From the NCBI GenBank assembly GCA_965249135.1, contig OZ252220.1, positions 320,001 to 384,000 of the forward strand: 64,000 bases of DNA, in the 5' to 3' direction. Positions 48,363 through 58,872 of this stretch are shown one piece after another (position 1 is the stretch's first letter; each line of letters opens with the position of its first letter). The stretch comes from Alphaproteobacteria bacterium (lineage in GTDB: Bacteria; Pseudomonadota; Alphaproteobacteria; GCA-2746255). A program made the position numbers and the translations under genes. Under the pieces are notes generated by a model. It was not told the DNA's origin. It saw only the letters and a program-made list of their open reading frames with translations, and searched no databases.

Positions 48363-49217
48363 ATGGACGATCTCCTGATTCGCGCGGTTCTGGCCGGCAT
48401 CGGGGTGGCGGTGGTGGCCGGGCCGCTCGGTGCCTTCGTCGTCTGGCGGCGGATGGCCTATTTCGGGGATACGATGGCCCATTCCGCCTTTCTGGGGATC
48501 GCCCTTGGCTTTCTCCTTCATTTCGACGTGTCGATCGGCATCTTCGCCGTCGCCGTCGCCATCGCGCTTTCCTTAGGCCTCGCCCAGCGCCAGAAGACCC
48601 TCGCCACCGACACCCTGCTCGGCCTCTTCGCCCATGGCGCGCTCGCCTTCGGGCTGGTCGGTCTTGCCTTCCTCGAAGGGGTGCGGATCGATCTGATGGG
48701 CTATCTGTTCGGCGACATCCTCGTCGTCGGACGGGGCGACCTCTTCGGAATTTACGGGGGCGGGGCGGTTGCCCTGATCGGTCTGGTTGCCATCTGGCGG
48801 CAGCTTCTTTCGATGACCATTCATGAGGAACTCGCCCAGGTGGAAGGCGTGCCGGTCCAGCGTTTGCGGATTCTTTTCATGGTACTGATCGCGCTGGTCA
48901 TCGTCGTCGCGCTCAAGATCGTCGGCATTCTGCTGATCACCTCGCTTCTCATCATTCCGGCGGCAACCGCGCGGCGTTTCGCCCGCAACCCCGAACCGAT
49001 GGCGATTCTCGCCGCCTTCCTCGGCGCCCTTGCCGTCGTCGGCGGAATTTCAGGTTCGTTCACATGGGATACGCCGTCCGGCCCCTCCATCGCCGCCGCC
49101 GCCTTCCTGATCTTCGTGGCCAGCCTGCTTGTGCCGGCCGGTGCCTTGGGTGTTCTGGTGGGGCGAGAGGAGAAACCGACCCTCCATGCGCCACCCCGTC
49201 TTCCGCAAAACCGATAA
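48363..49217 (+). CDS. znuB: Zinc ABC transporter permease
   Basis: VWRRMAYFGDTMAHS, YLFGDIL, LLIIPAATAR, DTPSGPSI. Confidence 0.94.
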   Translation: MDDLLIRAVLAGIGVAVVAGPLGAFVVWRRMAYFGDTMAHSAFLGIALGFLLHFDVSIGIFAVAVAIALSLGLAQRQKTLATDTLLGLFAHGALAFGLVGLAFLEGVRIDLMGYLFGDILVVGRGDLFGIYGGGAVALIGLVAIWRQLLSMTIHEELAQVEGVPVQRLRILFMVLIALVIVVALKIVGILLITSLLIIPAATARRFARNPEPMAILAAFLGALAVVGGISGSFTWDTPSGPSIAAAAFLIFVASLLVPAGALGVLVGREEKPTLHAPPRLPQNR

Positions 49218-49275
49218 CGCGCTCGCCCTCAGGACGATCTTTTCCGTCTTCTATGAGTATTAGGAAAAAGCGCGT

Positions 49276-50439
49276 TCAGGCGGCAGCCTTCATCCGCTTG
49301 AAGCCTTCGTCGAGATCCTGGAGAAGATCGTCCGCATCCTCGAGGCCGGCGTGGATGCGGATGCTGGGTCCCCCCGTCCACTTCGTCGCCGTGCGTAAGT
49401 CTTCCGCGTGGAAGGGAAGGATTAGGCTCTCATAGCCGCCCCAACTGTACCCCATGGCGAAAAGCTTCATGTGATCCAGCATGGCGACGACCGCCTGCTT
49501 CGGGGTGGCCTTCAACACGAAAGAGAAAAGCCCTGGTGCGCCGGTGAAGTCGCGTTTCCAGATGGCGTGGCCCGCATCTTCCGGCAGCGCCGGGTAGAGG
49601 ATGCGTTCCACCTCATCTCGCCCCTTCAGCCACGCGCAAAGCTTCATCGCGGTGGCACAGTGCCGCTCCAACCGAACGCTGAGCGTACGCAGGCCCCTTA
49701 ACGCCAGGAAGCATTCCTCCGGGCCTGAGCACGCGCCGATGTTTGCCGTCATCTTTCGGATCGTCACGTAGTGCTGTTTTTGGGTCGTGATCACGCCGAG
49801 CATGGCGTCCGCATGGCCGACGATGTATTTCGTCGCCGCTTGGATCGAAACGTCGACGCCGTGCGCAAACGGCTTGAAGTAAAGCGGCGTCGCCCAGCTG
49901 TTATCCAGGATGACGACGGCCCCTTTTTCATGGGCCGCCTTGGCGATTGCCGGGATGTCCTGCACTTCGAAGGTAAGCGAGCCTGGTGATTCGACGAAGA
50001 CGACCTTCGTGTTTGGTTTCAAAAGCGCCGCGATGCCGTCCCCGATCACTGGGTCGTAATAGGTCGTCTCGACGCCGTAGCGTTTCAGAACCTGATCGCA
50101 GAAGCGCCGCGTCGGCCCATAAACGGAATCCGCGACCAGGACGTGATCGCCGGACTTGAGGAACGCAAATAGCGAAGCGGCGACGGCGGCAAGACCCGAC
50201 GCCATCGCGATTCCCCGATCCCCGCCTTCGAGTTCGGCGACCGCTTCTTCCAGTGCGAAGGTCGTCGGTGTGCCGTGCCGGCCATAGAAGACGCCGTCGA
50301 ACGGGTTCTTGTCGAAGGATTCGAGGACCTCGACCGATGGAAACGTGACGGTGGAGGCGCGATAGACCGGCGGGTTGACGATCCCGAAATTCTTCTCCGG
50401 ATCGCGGCCGGCGTTGACGATGCGGGTATCTTCCTTCAT
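49276..50439 (-). CDS. metC: Cystathionine beta-lyase
   Basis: VNPPVYRAST, YGRHGTPT, ESPGS, ATKYIVGH (PLP Lys), GYSWGGYESL. Confidence 0.93.
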   Translation of the reverse strand: MKEDTRIVNAGRDPEKNFGIVNPPVYRASTVTFPSVEVLESFDKNPFDGVFYGRHGTPTTFALEEAVAELEGGDRGIAMASGLAAVAASLFAFLKSGDHVLVADSVYGPTRRFCDQVLKRYGVETTYYDPVIGDGIAALLKPNTKVVFVESPGSLTFEVQDIPAIAKAAHEKGAVVILDNSWATPLYFKPFAHGVDVSIQAATKYIVGHADAMLGVITTQKQHYVTIRKMTANIGACSGPEECFLALRGLRTLSVRLERHCATAMKLCAWLKGRDEVERILYPALPEDAGHAIWKRDFTGAPGLFSFVLKATPKQAVVAMLDHMKLFAMGYSWGGYESLILPFHAEDLRTATKWTGGPSIRIHAGLEDADDLLQDLDEGFKRMKAAA

Positions 50440-50520
50440 CCGACTCGCTTGTAAAGAGTGCGTGATGACCGGTCAAGGCGGCCACTTTCGGCCTTGGAGA
50501 ATGCCGCCCTTTCCCGGATA

Positions 50521-51774
50521 ATGGGGGCCTCGCAAACCGGAGCGAAGCGCCCGCCCGTGCCCCATTCCCACGCCATCGTCCTTCTTTTCTTCATCGTGCT
50601 TGGCGTCATCGCAGGGGTTGCCTCGGGATGGATTTGGGGCGAGGGGATGCTCGCCATCGCCTGGATCGGCGAGCTTTTCCTGAACGCGCTCAAGATGCTG
50701 ATCATCCCGCTGATCATAGCTGCCGTCATCAGTGGCGTCGCCGCGCTCGGCGACATCCGGAAATTGGGCCGACTCGGCGGCATCACCGTGCTTTATTTCG
50801 TCGGCACGACGGGCCTTGCGGTGGCCATCGGTCTTCTGATGGTCAACCTCATCCAGCCGGGCGTGGGGTTGGAGTTCGAAGCCAAGATGGTTCCTGAATC
50901 GATTGCGCTTAAAACGGACATCGGCTTTTCGGACATTCTGCTTTCTCTCGTCTCGCCGAATCTGATTGCGGCGGCAGCCGAAACCCAGCTGCTTCCCCTC
51001 ATCCTCTTCTCGATCCTCCTTTCCGCCGCGTTGACGACCTTAGGCCCGGTCGGCGCGCACGTCATCGGCATGTTTGATGGGCTGAACGAGGCGCTGATGA
51101 AGCTCGTCATCTGGCTCATGTATCTGGCGCCCATCGGCATCTTCGCGCTGGTCGCCGCCCGGCTCGGCAAGGCGGGAGGCGGGGAGGCCTTCCTAAGCGA
51201 AGTGGCCGCGGTGGGACTCCACGTGGCGACCGTGCTAAGCGGCCTTGCCGTTCACTTCGTCGTGCTGGTCCTTCTCCTGGTTCTCATCGGCGGCCGCGGC
51301 TTTGCCTATCTGGTCGGGCTCTTGCGGGCGCTCTTTACCGCGTTCGGCACGGCAAGCTCGTCGGCGACGCTGCCGCTTACCATGGAATGCGCCCGCGAGC
51401 AGGCGCTCGACGAGAAGGCCATTCGCTTCGTGCTGCCCTTGGGCAGCACGGTGAACATGAATGGCACCGCGCTTTATGAAGCGGCCGCCGCCATGTTCAT
51501 CGCCCAGGCCTACGGCATCGAGCTCGGCTTCGGCGCCCAGGTGGTGATCTTCGTCACGGCGACCTTGGCCGCCATCGGGGCGGCCGGCATCCCGGAGGCC
51601 GGCCTGGTGACGCTGGTCATCGTATTGACGGCGGTGGGTTTGCCGATCGAAGGCATCGGGCTCCTCTTGGCCGTCGACTGGTTCCTCGACCGCTTCCGCA
51701 CGGCTGTGAACGTATGGGGGGATGCGGTCGGTGCGGCGATCGTCCACCGTTTTCTACCCGATTCGTCTCCTTAA
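50521..51774 (+). CDS. Dicarboxylate/amino acid:cation symporter (DAACS)
   Basis: FGTASSSATLP, VNMNGT, GIPEAG, DWFLDRFRTAVNVWGD. Confidence 0.92.
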   Translation: MGASQTGAKRPPVPHSHAIVLLFFIVLGVIAGVASGWIWGEGMLAIAWIGELFLNALKMLIIPLIIAAVISGVAALGDIRKLGRLGGITVLYFVGTTGLAVAIGLLMVNLIQPGVGLEFEAKMVPESIALKTDIGFSDILLSLVSPNLIAAAAETQLLPLILFSILLSAALTTLGPVGAHVIGMFDGLNEALMKLVIWLMYLAPIGIFALVAARLGKAGGGEAFLSEVAAVGLHVATVLSGLAVHFVVLVLLLVLIGGRGFAYLVGLLRALFTAFGTASSSATLPLTMECAREQALDEKAIRFVLPLGSTVNMNGTALYEAAAAMFIAQAYGIELGFGAQVVIFVTATLAAIGAAGIPEAGLVTLVIVLTAVGLPIEGIGLLLAVDWFLDRFRTAVNVWGDAVGAAIVHRFLPDSSP

Positions 51775-52622
51775 GGGACCATCGGCAAGTCGTCCCGGCT
51801 TCCCCATTCCGACCACGAGCCGTCATAGACCGGCACGTTTTCGACTCCAAGCAAATAGAGACCAAGCGCCACGACGCCAGCCGTCACGCCGGATCCGCAA
51901 CTCGCAACGATCGGTTTTTCAAGGTCGATGCCCACCTCGTCGAATTTGCGCGTGAGCCCGTCCGTCGAAAACATCGTTTTTTCTTCCGGGTCCAGGATGT
52001 CGGGGTAGGGAAGGTTGACGCTTTTTGGAATGTGGCCGGCGCGAAGGCCGGGCCGGGCCTCCGGCAGCTCACCGGAATAGCGCGCCGCACTTCGCGTATC
52101 GATGACCTGTTCACGCCCGCTTTCGATATTGGCGAGGATTTGATCGACGTTGCGGATCAGCGAGTTGTGGATCCTCGGCGTGAAGTGCCGCTTGGATGGC
52201 TCAACCAGCTTGTCGTCGACCGGGTGCCCATCGCTGAGCCATTTCGGAAGGCCCCCGTCCAGGACGGCCACGTCCTTGTGGCCAAAATAGCGGAACATCC
52301 ACCACACGCGGGCAGCACTCACCAAGCCGGCGGCGTCATAAACGACGATGCGACTGCCGTCTCCAAGCCCCAGCCCACCGACGTGGCTTGCGAACTTCTC
52401 AGGCGAGGGCAGCATGTTCGGGTAAGGGCTCGAGGTGTCGGCGATCTCGCCGATGTCGAAGAAGACGGCGTTCGGGATGTGCTGGCGGTCGTATTCTTGC
52501 CTGGGGTCCAGCTCGGTGCCCGGCAGCTGGTTCGTGCCATCCACGACGCGGATGTCGGGCGAAGGAAGGTGTTCGGCCAGCCAGGCCGAGCTGACGAGGC
52601 CGTCCGGGTTCGCGTAATTCAT
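51771..52622 (-). CDS. sseA: 3-mercaptopyruvate sulfurtransferase
   Basis: HIPNA, ARVWWM, LDGG, CGSGVTA active loop, YDGSWSEW. Confidence 0.94.
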   Translation of the reverse strand: MNYANPDGLVSSAWLAEHLPSPDIRVVDGTNQLPGTELDPRQEYDRQHIPNAVFFDIGEIADTSSPYPNMLPSPEKFASHVGGLGLGDGSRIVVYDAAGLVSAARVWWMFRYFGHKDVAVLDGGLPKWLSDGHPVDDKLVEPSKRHFTPRIHNSLIRNVDQILANIESGREQVIDTRSAARYSGELPEARPGLRAGHIPKSVNLPYPDILDPEEKTMFSTDGLTRKFDEVGIDLEKPIVASCGSGVTAGVVALGLYLLGVENVPVYDGSWSEWGSRDDLPMVP

Positions 52623-52654
52623 AAAAATCTTCCCCTAAACATCTGATTTATATT

Positions 52655-53653
52655 TTACATCCAATCCGGCACCGGCAGGTTCTTCGGGCGCAGGAAGGCC
52701 GGGTTGAAGAGCTTGCTCTGGTAGCGGTCTCCAGAATCGCAGATCAACGTAATGATGCAATGCCCGGGGCCAAGCTTTTTGGCCAGTTTTATGGCGGCCA
52801 CCACGTTGATGCCGGTGCTGCCGCCGACCAGGAATCCTTCCTTTTTCACGAGTTCGAAGATCAGCGGCAACGCCTCTTCGTCGGTGACGCGCAGCCAATC
52901 GTCGATCGGGGCGCCTTCGAGGTTTTTCGTGATCCGCCCCTGGCCGATCCCTTCCGTGATCGATTCCCCCTCCGCCTTGAGCTCGCCATGGTCGAAATAG
53001 TTGAAAAGGGCGGAACCCATCGGATCGGCCAGCGCGATCCTGACTTTCGGATTCTGCTCTTTTAGGAACCGGCCGACCCCGGCCAGCGTGCCGCCGGTCC
53101 CGGTCGAGCAGGTGAAGGCGTCGATTTGCCCATCCGTTTGCGCCCAGATCTCCGGTCCCGTCGTTCGGTAGTGGCCGTCCCGGTTGGCGACATTGTCGAA
53201 CTGGTTCGCCCAGATCGCGCCTGCCGGCTCCGTCTCGGCTAGCTCCTTCGCCAGGCGCGCGCTTGCCGGCACGTAATTCTTCGGGTTCGCGTAAGGCACG
53301 CCCGGTGCGAGGTGGACCTCCGCCCCGCACATCCGAAGCATCTCGATCTTCTCCTTGCTCTGGGTCTCCGGCATGACGATGACCGTGCGATAACCACGCG
53401 CGTTCCCGACCAGCGCCAGCCCGATGCCAGTGTTGCCCGCCGTGCCCTCGACGATGACGCCGCCGGGCTTCAAAAGGCCCCGTTTTTCCGCGTCCTCGAC
53501 GATGAAAAGCGCCGTTCGGTCCTTGACGGAACCGCCGGGATTGAGGAATTCCGCCTTTCCTAAGATCTCGCACCCGGTCGCCTTCGACGGGCCTTCGAGC
53601 CGGATGAGGGGCGTGTTCCCGATCGTGCCCAGCAGGCCGTCCCGGATGTCCAT
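52655..53653 (-). CDS. cysK: Cysteine synthase A
   Basis: IGNTPL, NPGGSVKDR, EGTAGNTG, GTGGT, EGIG. Confidence 0.92.
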   Translation of the reverse strand: MDIRDGLLGTIGNTPLIRLEGPSKATGCEILGKAEFLNPGGSVKDRTALFIVEDAEKRGLLKPGGVIVEGTAGNTGIGLALVGNARGYRTVIVMPETQSKEKIEMLRMCGAEVHLAPGVPYANPKNYVPASARLAKELAETEPAGAIWANQFDNVANRDGHYRTTGPEIWAQTDGQIDAFTCSTGTGGTLAGVGRFLKEQNPKVRIALADPMGSALFNYFDHGELKAEGESITEGIGQGRITKNLEGAPIDDWLRVTDEEALPLIFELVKKEGFLVGGSTGINVVAAIKLAKKLGPGHCIITLICDSGDRYQSKLFNPAFLRPKNLPVPDWM

Positions 53654-53728
53654 GGCGTTTCCTTCCCTTAAAGTGATGCCTAGACTATCGGCGGGGCTTG
53701 TCCGGAATCAAGGTGTCCTGTTTGCTGA

Positions 53729-54337
53729 TCATGCCCAGCGTTTCTGCAACTCCGCATGATTCATTTCAAGCCATTGCAGGGCGATGATGGTCATCGAATT
53801 CTTGATTTGGCGCGCTTTAAGCCGCAGCGTCGCTTCTTCTCTTGGCATGACGAGGACCCGGATGTCTTCCTGCTCTTCGTCGAGCCCATGGATGCCGCCG
53901 GCGTCCTTGAGGTCCACACGTCCGCAGAAAAGCGTCATCGTCTCGGACGTGCCGCCCGGTGACACCAGGTAATCCGCGATCGGGATCAGCTCGCCGACCT
54001 CTAAGCCGGCTTCCTCGACCGCCTCCCGGCGGACGACGTCCTCCGGACTTTCGTCCGCTTCGATGATGCCGGCCACGATCTCGATGACCCAGGAGGGGTA
54101 GCCCGCCACATGGGCCCCGATCCGGAACTGTTCGATCAAGAGAACTTCGTCCCGGCCCGGGTCGTAGCCGAGAAGGCCGGCCGCATGGCCGCGTTCGAAG
54201 ACCTCCCGTTTGATCTCGCCGCTCCAGCCGCCCTCATGCAGCTCATGGCGCAGGAAATAGGTGTCGATGCGGAAATAGCCCTGGAAGACGGTTTTCTTTT
54301 CTCGGATTTTGACCCTGGGGTCCTTTTCCTCGGGCAT
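53729..54337 (-). CDS. nudF: ADP-ribose pyrophosphatase (Nudix)
   Basis: REVFERGHAA, EQFR, AG....E.......REAVEEAG, SPGGTSE, EDIRV. Confidence 0.9.
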   Translation of the reverse strand: MPEEKDPRVKIREKKTVFQGYFRIDTYFLRHELHEGGWSGEIKREVFERGHAAGLLGYDPGRDEVLLIEQFRIGAHVAGYPSWVIEIVAGIIEADESPEDVVRREAVEEAGLEVGELIPIADYLVSPGGTSETMTLFCGRVDLKDAGGIHGLDEEQEDIRVLVMPREEATLRLKARQIKNSMTIIALQWLEMNHAELQKRWA

Positions 54338-54351
54338 GCGCGGCCTCCGCC

Positions 54352-55074
54352 TTACGAGGAACCGACGCGGCGCGCTTCGGGCACCTCCAGGAAAAGCGGC
54401 GTCACCAGGTCCGGCGCTTCCTGCCACGCATCCAAACCGTTGGCCAGGCGGGGCAGTGCCAACACCGGCGAGTGGGGAAGGAATCGTTTTAGCGTGCTGA
54501 CCGTATCCGCCAACGGCATCGGTTGAACGGTCGATTCGCTGACGATGACGGCGGCGATTTCAATGCCCCTGCGCTCGAGCGCCAGCGCCGAGATCAGCGT
54601 GTGGTTAAGGCTGCCTAAATAGCTTCCGACGACGAGGATGGCCGGATAACCAAGTTCCTGGATCCAATCGAGAACCGTCTTCTTCTCCGTCAGTGGAACC
54701 ATGACGCCGCCAATGCCCTCGATGAAATGAAAATCCGGCAATACCTTGCCGGCAAGAGGAGTGGTCGTCGAAAATCGGACGAGTTCGTCGAAATCGATCG
54801 AACGGCCTTCCCGTCGCGCCGCCATGTCCGGTGAGATCGGTTCGCTGAACCGCCAGGGCGAGATAGCGACGATGCGTTCGGCTTCCGTGGAATAGCCCAG
54901 GCTTTCGAGGAGAATGGCGCTGTCGCAGTTCTTGTCGCCGACGGCAAATCCGGTAATGACCGGCTTTTGCAACTCGACTCGGAAGTTCCGTTGCTTCAAT
55001 TGCCGGGCGAGAATCGACGTGACAAGGGTTTTGCCAACGTCGGTGCCGGAAGAGGTGACGAAATAGGATTGCAT
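54352..55074 (-). CDS. bioD: Dethiobiotin synthase
   Basis: FVTSSGTDVGKT, KPVITG, IEGIGGVMVPL, YLGSLNHT. Confidence 0.94.
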   Translation of the reverse strand: MQSYFVTSSGTDVGKTLVTSILARQLKQRNFRVELQKPVITGFAVGDKNCDSAILLESLGYSTEAERIVAISPWRFSEPISPDMAARREGRSIDFDELVRFSTTTPLAGKVLPDFHFIEGIGGVMVPLTEKKTVLDWIQELGYPAILVVGSYLGSLNHTLISALALERRGIEIAAVIVSESTVQPMPLADTVSTLKRFLPHSPVLALPRLANGLDAWQEAPDLVTPLFLEVPEARRVGSS

Positions 55075-55250
55075 GCGAGGCTCTTGCCCGGCCGAGATTG
55101 CCGGATCCGTCGAAGGGCGATCCTTGATGTAGCCAGCGATCCTATGAGGAGTCAACGCGGCATCTGGTTTCGCGAAACGGCGCCATTGCCTTCACTATGG
55201 TATCGTCGGCCAGGCGGATATAGGTTGAAAAAAAACACCGGATTGGTTGG

Positions 55251-56234
55251 ATGGACAAGATCAGGACGGCCGTGATTGGGGTCGGGTGTTTCGGTCGGTT
55301 TCATGCCGAAAAATATGCCCGTCTCGAGCGATCGGCACTCACCGCCGTCGCGGACACCGACCGCGAGCGCGCCCACGCGATTGCGGAAAAGCATCGCGCG
55401 ACGCCCGTCTTTGACTACCGCGAGCTGTTCGGCCAGGTGGATGCCGTTTCCATCGCCGTGCCCACGCCGCTCCACCACGAAATCGCCAAGGCCTTCCTCG
55501 AACATGGCGTGCACGTCCTCATTGAAAAGCCGATCACGGAAAACCTCGCCCAGGCGGACGAGTTGATTGGGCTTGCGGCGGAAAAGGGTCGGGTGCTTCA
55601 GGTGGGACACTTGGAGCGGTTCTCCGCGGCCCGGCTCGGGCTCGAGGGGGTCATCAATCAACCCCTCTTTATCGAGTGCAACCGCATTGCCGCCTTCAAG
55701 TCGCGTGGCTCGGATGTGAGCGTGACGCTCGACTTGATGATTCACGACATCGACATGATCCAGCATCTCGTGAAGGCGCCGGTCTCGGAGGTCGATGCGG
55801 CCGGCGCGCCGGTCTTCTCCTTCGAAGAGGACATCGCGAATGCGCGCCTGCATTTCGCGAATGGCTGCATTGCGAACGTGACGGCCAGCCGTATCAGCAC
55901 GAAGAACGAACGCAAGATGCGCATCTTTCAGCACGACGCCTATATCATGATCGATTTCGTGAATAAGAAAGTGCTGGTGGCTCGCAGGGGGCAAGGCGAG
56001 ATGCTTCCCGGCGTGCCATTGATCGATGTGGAAGAACACAATTACGAAGAAGACGATATCCTCGAACGCGAGATCGAGGCGTTCTTGGAATCGGTGGCCT
56101 CAAACCGGCCGCCGCTGGTCAGCGGCGAAGATGGCCGGCTGGCCCTCGAGACGGCGCTCCTGATCAACGAAAGCCTCCAGCTCCACGCATCCCGCAACGC
56201 GACCATCAGCGCGAAGCTGATGCAGCAACGCTAG
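55251..56234 (+). CDS. Gfo/Idh/MocA oxidoreductase (GnnA-like UDP-GlcNAc 3-dehydrogenase)
   Basis: GVGCFG, EKP, VGHLERF, DLMIHDID, TASRIS. Confidence 0.82.
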   Translation: MDKIRTAVIGVGCFGRFHAEKYARLERSALTAVADTDRERAHAIAEKHRATPVFDYRELFGQVDAVSIAVPTPLHHEIAKAFLEHGVHVLIEKPITENLAQADELIGLAAEKGRVLQVGHLERFSAARLGLEGVINQPLFIECNRIAAFKSRGSDVSVTLDLMIHDIDMIQHLVKAPVSEVDAAGAPVFSFEEDIANARLHFANGCIANVTASRISTKNERKMRIFQHDAYIMIDFVNKKVLVARRGQGEMLPGVPLIDVEEHNYEEDDILEREIEAFLESVASNRPPLVSGEDGRLALETALLINESLQLHASRNATISAKLMQQR

Positions 56235-56382
56235 GACTTAAGGCCGCAATTCTCCTTGAATGTGCCTTTCGCGGCACTTTTGCCTTGGCGGGCCCGGCTT
56301 TACAGGGAGCGGATACGTCGCCACAATGCGGGCCAATGGGCATGGAAGCATGAGGAAATTGCCCGAGATTAAGGGGGGACAA

Positions 56383-56916
56383 ATGACCCAAAACCTATTC
56401 CTTTCCTTTCGTAAAAGCGTTCCGGTGCTCGTGCTTAGCCTTGTCTTCGTGCTGTCGGCGATGGCGCTCACGGGCTGTGAGCGGGCCGCCGACGCCATCG
56501 CCGTGAAGAAGGCGGAAAAGATCTTCGATACGTGGCAAAAGGGGTGGAACACCCATGATGCCGACCTTTTGATGGAAGTTGCCGGCGAAGCCGACTACTG
56601 GGACGTGACCCTGAACGAGCGGATCAGCGGTGAAGACTTCCGCAAGCACGCGGAAGCCTTTCTCATCGCGATGCCGGACGTGAATTTCAGCCTCGATGAA
56701 GTCACCGTCACCCCGGATGGCAAACGGGTGATCTGGCGGTGGAGTTGGACCGGCACCTTCACGGGCCCCCTTGGCGAGACCGAGCCGACGGGCAACAAGA
56801 TCGAAGGGCTCAGCGGCGCCGACTTCCTCTATATCGAGGGCGACAAGATCAAGAAGATCGACATCTACTGGAATCAGCTCGAGCTCCTGACGAAGATGGG
56901 ATTGATGGGCGGCTAA
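56383..56916 (+). CDS. SnoaL/ester-cyclase-fold lipoprotein
   Basis: ALTGC lipobox; AMPD..F, W.WTGTFTG.LG...PTG..I. Confidence 0.75.
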   Translation: MTQNLFLSFRKSVPVLVLSLVFVLSAMALTGCERAADAIAVKKAEKIFDTWQKGWNTHDADLLMEVAGEADYWDVTLNERISGEDFRKHAEAFLIAMPDVNFSLDEVTVTPDGKRVIWRWSWTGTFTGPLGETEPTGNKIEGLSGADFLYIEGDKIKKIDIYWNQLELLTKMGLMGG

Positions 56917-57029
56917 GCGGCCCGCACCGTCCCGATCGGGCCAGATCGGGCCAGATTCAGGGTAAAATCTGGAGGATTTCCCCTGTCCTGCGACAGGGGA
57001 TAAAATCCACGCGTCCTTGAGCAGAAGGG

Positions 57030-58853
57030 ATGAACATGGCCAAAGGCGCACCGGCCTCGACGCGAAGCGGTCCCGCAAAGGCGGCGGGCGAGGTCGCGAT
57101 TCCGGATCTTGCGGCGACCGGCTACCGTCTGGGCGCCGAATGCGTGCCGGAGCCGATGCGGGACGTGAACTACTTTCGTCTCGATCCCGGGATGCGCCGT
57201 CGCCTTCACCTTTACTTGGAGCCGAAGGAAGCCGCCTGGGCCGAAGCGCTGCTCGATGGGTTCGGCGCCCTTTGCGGCGGGCGCATGGCCGCGCTTGCGG
57301 AAGTGGCGAACAAGCACGGACCCGAACTCAAGCAATACGACGCGACCGGCAGGCGGATCGACGACATCGTCTTTCACCCGAGCTATACGGAAATGTGCCG
57401 GCTGGCCTATGGCTTCGGACTTTCGCAGATGAATCACCTGCCGGATTTCCAAGGCTTGGGCACGACGCCAAGCCGCTTGGTTCAGGCGATGGCCGGCACG
57501 CTATTCGCCACCGCCGAACAGGGTCTTTACTGCCCCATCTTCATGACGAACTGCCTGATCGGGGCGTTCCGCCGACACGCGGACGAGACGGTGCAGTCGA
57601 AATTCCTTCCCAAGTTCTTGAGCCTCGATCCGGATCGCGCCTTCCAGGGGGCCATCTTGATGACGGAGAAGTTTGGCGGCTCCGACGTCGGGGCCACGGA
57701 AACGAAGGCCGTTCAGGTGGATGGGGTGTGGCGGCTCTATGGCGATAAGTGGTTCTGCAGCAACGCGAACGCGGACCTCTTCAGCACGCTCGCCCGTTAC
57801 GACGATCGGGTGACCGGCACCAAGGGACTCGGCATGTTCATCGTGCCGAAAGTGCTCGACGATGGCAGCCGCAACGCCTTCCGCATCAACCGCCTCAAGG
57901 ACAAGCTTGGCACGCGCTCGATGGCGACCGCCGAGATCACCTTCGAGGGCACGCTCGCCTACCAGATCGGGCCCTTGGATGAGGGCTTCAAGATTCTCTG
58001 CGGGATGCTGAACGCCTCGCGCTTGGGCACGGCGACGATGGCCACCGGCGCCATGCGGCGCGGCCTGCTCGAGGCGCTGCACTTCGCGAAATCCCGCAAG
58101 ACCTTTGGCCAAGCCCTTCATCGCCACGGGATGGTGAAGCGCGCCATCGTCGAGGCTTACGCAGAGGTCGAAGGGGCGGCCGCACTTCTCGCCTATGCTT
58201 ACGCGCGCTACGATCGCTGCGACCTGGATCCGGATTCCAAGCCTCTCGCAGGCGAGCTTCGTCTGGCCACCACCCTTGCCAAGTTCAACAACTCCGCGAA
58301 GGGGGTCGAGGTGGCGTCGGAATGCGTGCAGATTCTTGGCGGCGTCGGTTATATCGAGGATCGCGAGACGGCGCGGATTTACCGGGATGCGCTCGTCCAC
58401 CCCATTTGGGAGGGGACGACGAACATGCTGGCGCTCGACGTGCTCCGCGCCATTCAAAAAGAGAAGGCGGATGCGGCACTGACCACGAGCATGGAGACGA
58501 TGGAAGGCGCGCTTTCGCGAAACGAAACCCGCTCTCTCTTCACGCCGCTGCGTAGCGAGATGGAAGGGGCGTTGGCAACACTTCGTGAGAGCTTGAGCAC
58601 CGAGCAGGTGTCGCGGGAATATTACGCCTATGATCGCGTATGGGACCTTGCCGCCTGCGTGATCGGATTAATCCTTATCGACGAGGCCGAAGATCGTCTC
58701 GTCAAGGACGACGTCGCAAACGGGCTCGACACGGCAAAGGCCTATCTTTGGAAACATAAAGCTGCCTTCATGACGCGTCTCTATGGCGAAGAGGACCGCT
58801 TCGAATGCGCGAATGCGGTGGCGACGCAGCTATTTTCGCAAGACCAAGGATAA
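57030..58853 (+). CDS. Acyl-CoA dehydrogenase (AidB-like)
   Basis: [39 protein letters not shown] catalytic Glu. Confidence 0.9.
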   Translation: MNMAKGAPASTRSGPAKAAGEVAIPDLAATGYRLGAECVPEPMRDVNYFRLDPGMRRRLHLYLEPKEAAWAEALLDGFGALCGGRMAALAEVANKHGPELKQYDATGRRIDDIVFHPSYTEMCRLAYGFGLSQMNHLPDFQGLGTTPSRLVQAMAGTLFATAEQGLYCPIFMTNCLIGAFRRHADETVQSKFLPKFLSLDPDRAFQGAILMTEKFGGSDVGATETKAVQVDGVWRLYGDKWFCSNANADLFSTLARYDDRVTGTKGLGMFIVPKVLDDGSRNAFRINRLKDKLGTRSMATAEITFEGTLAYQIGPLDEGFKILCGMLNASRLGTATMATGAMRRGLLEALHFAKSRKTFGQALHRHGMVKRAIVEAYAEVEGAAALLAYAYARYDRCDLDPDSKPLAGELRLATTLAKFNNSAKGVEVASECVQILGGVGYIEDRETARIYRDALVHPIWEGTTNMLALDVLRAIQKEKADAALTTSMETMEGALSRNETRSLFTPLRSEMEGALATLRESLSTEQVSREYYAYDRVWDLAACVIGLILIDEAEDRLVKDDVANGLDTAKAYLWKHKAAFMTRLYGEEDRFECANAVATQLFSQDQG

Positions 58854-58872
58854 AAACGCTTATATTTCAAAA

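Noticed and set aside
56934-56956. GATCGGGCCA tandem duplication in an intergenic region
   Set aside because: Only about two copies; most likely replication slippage.
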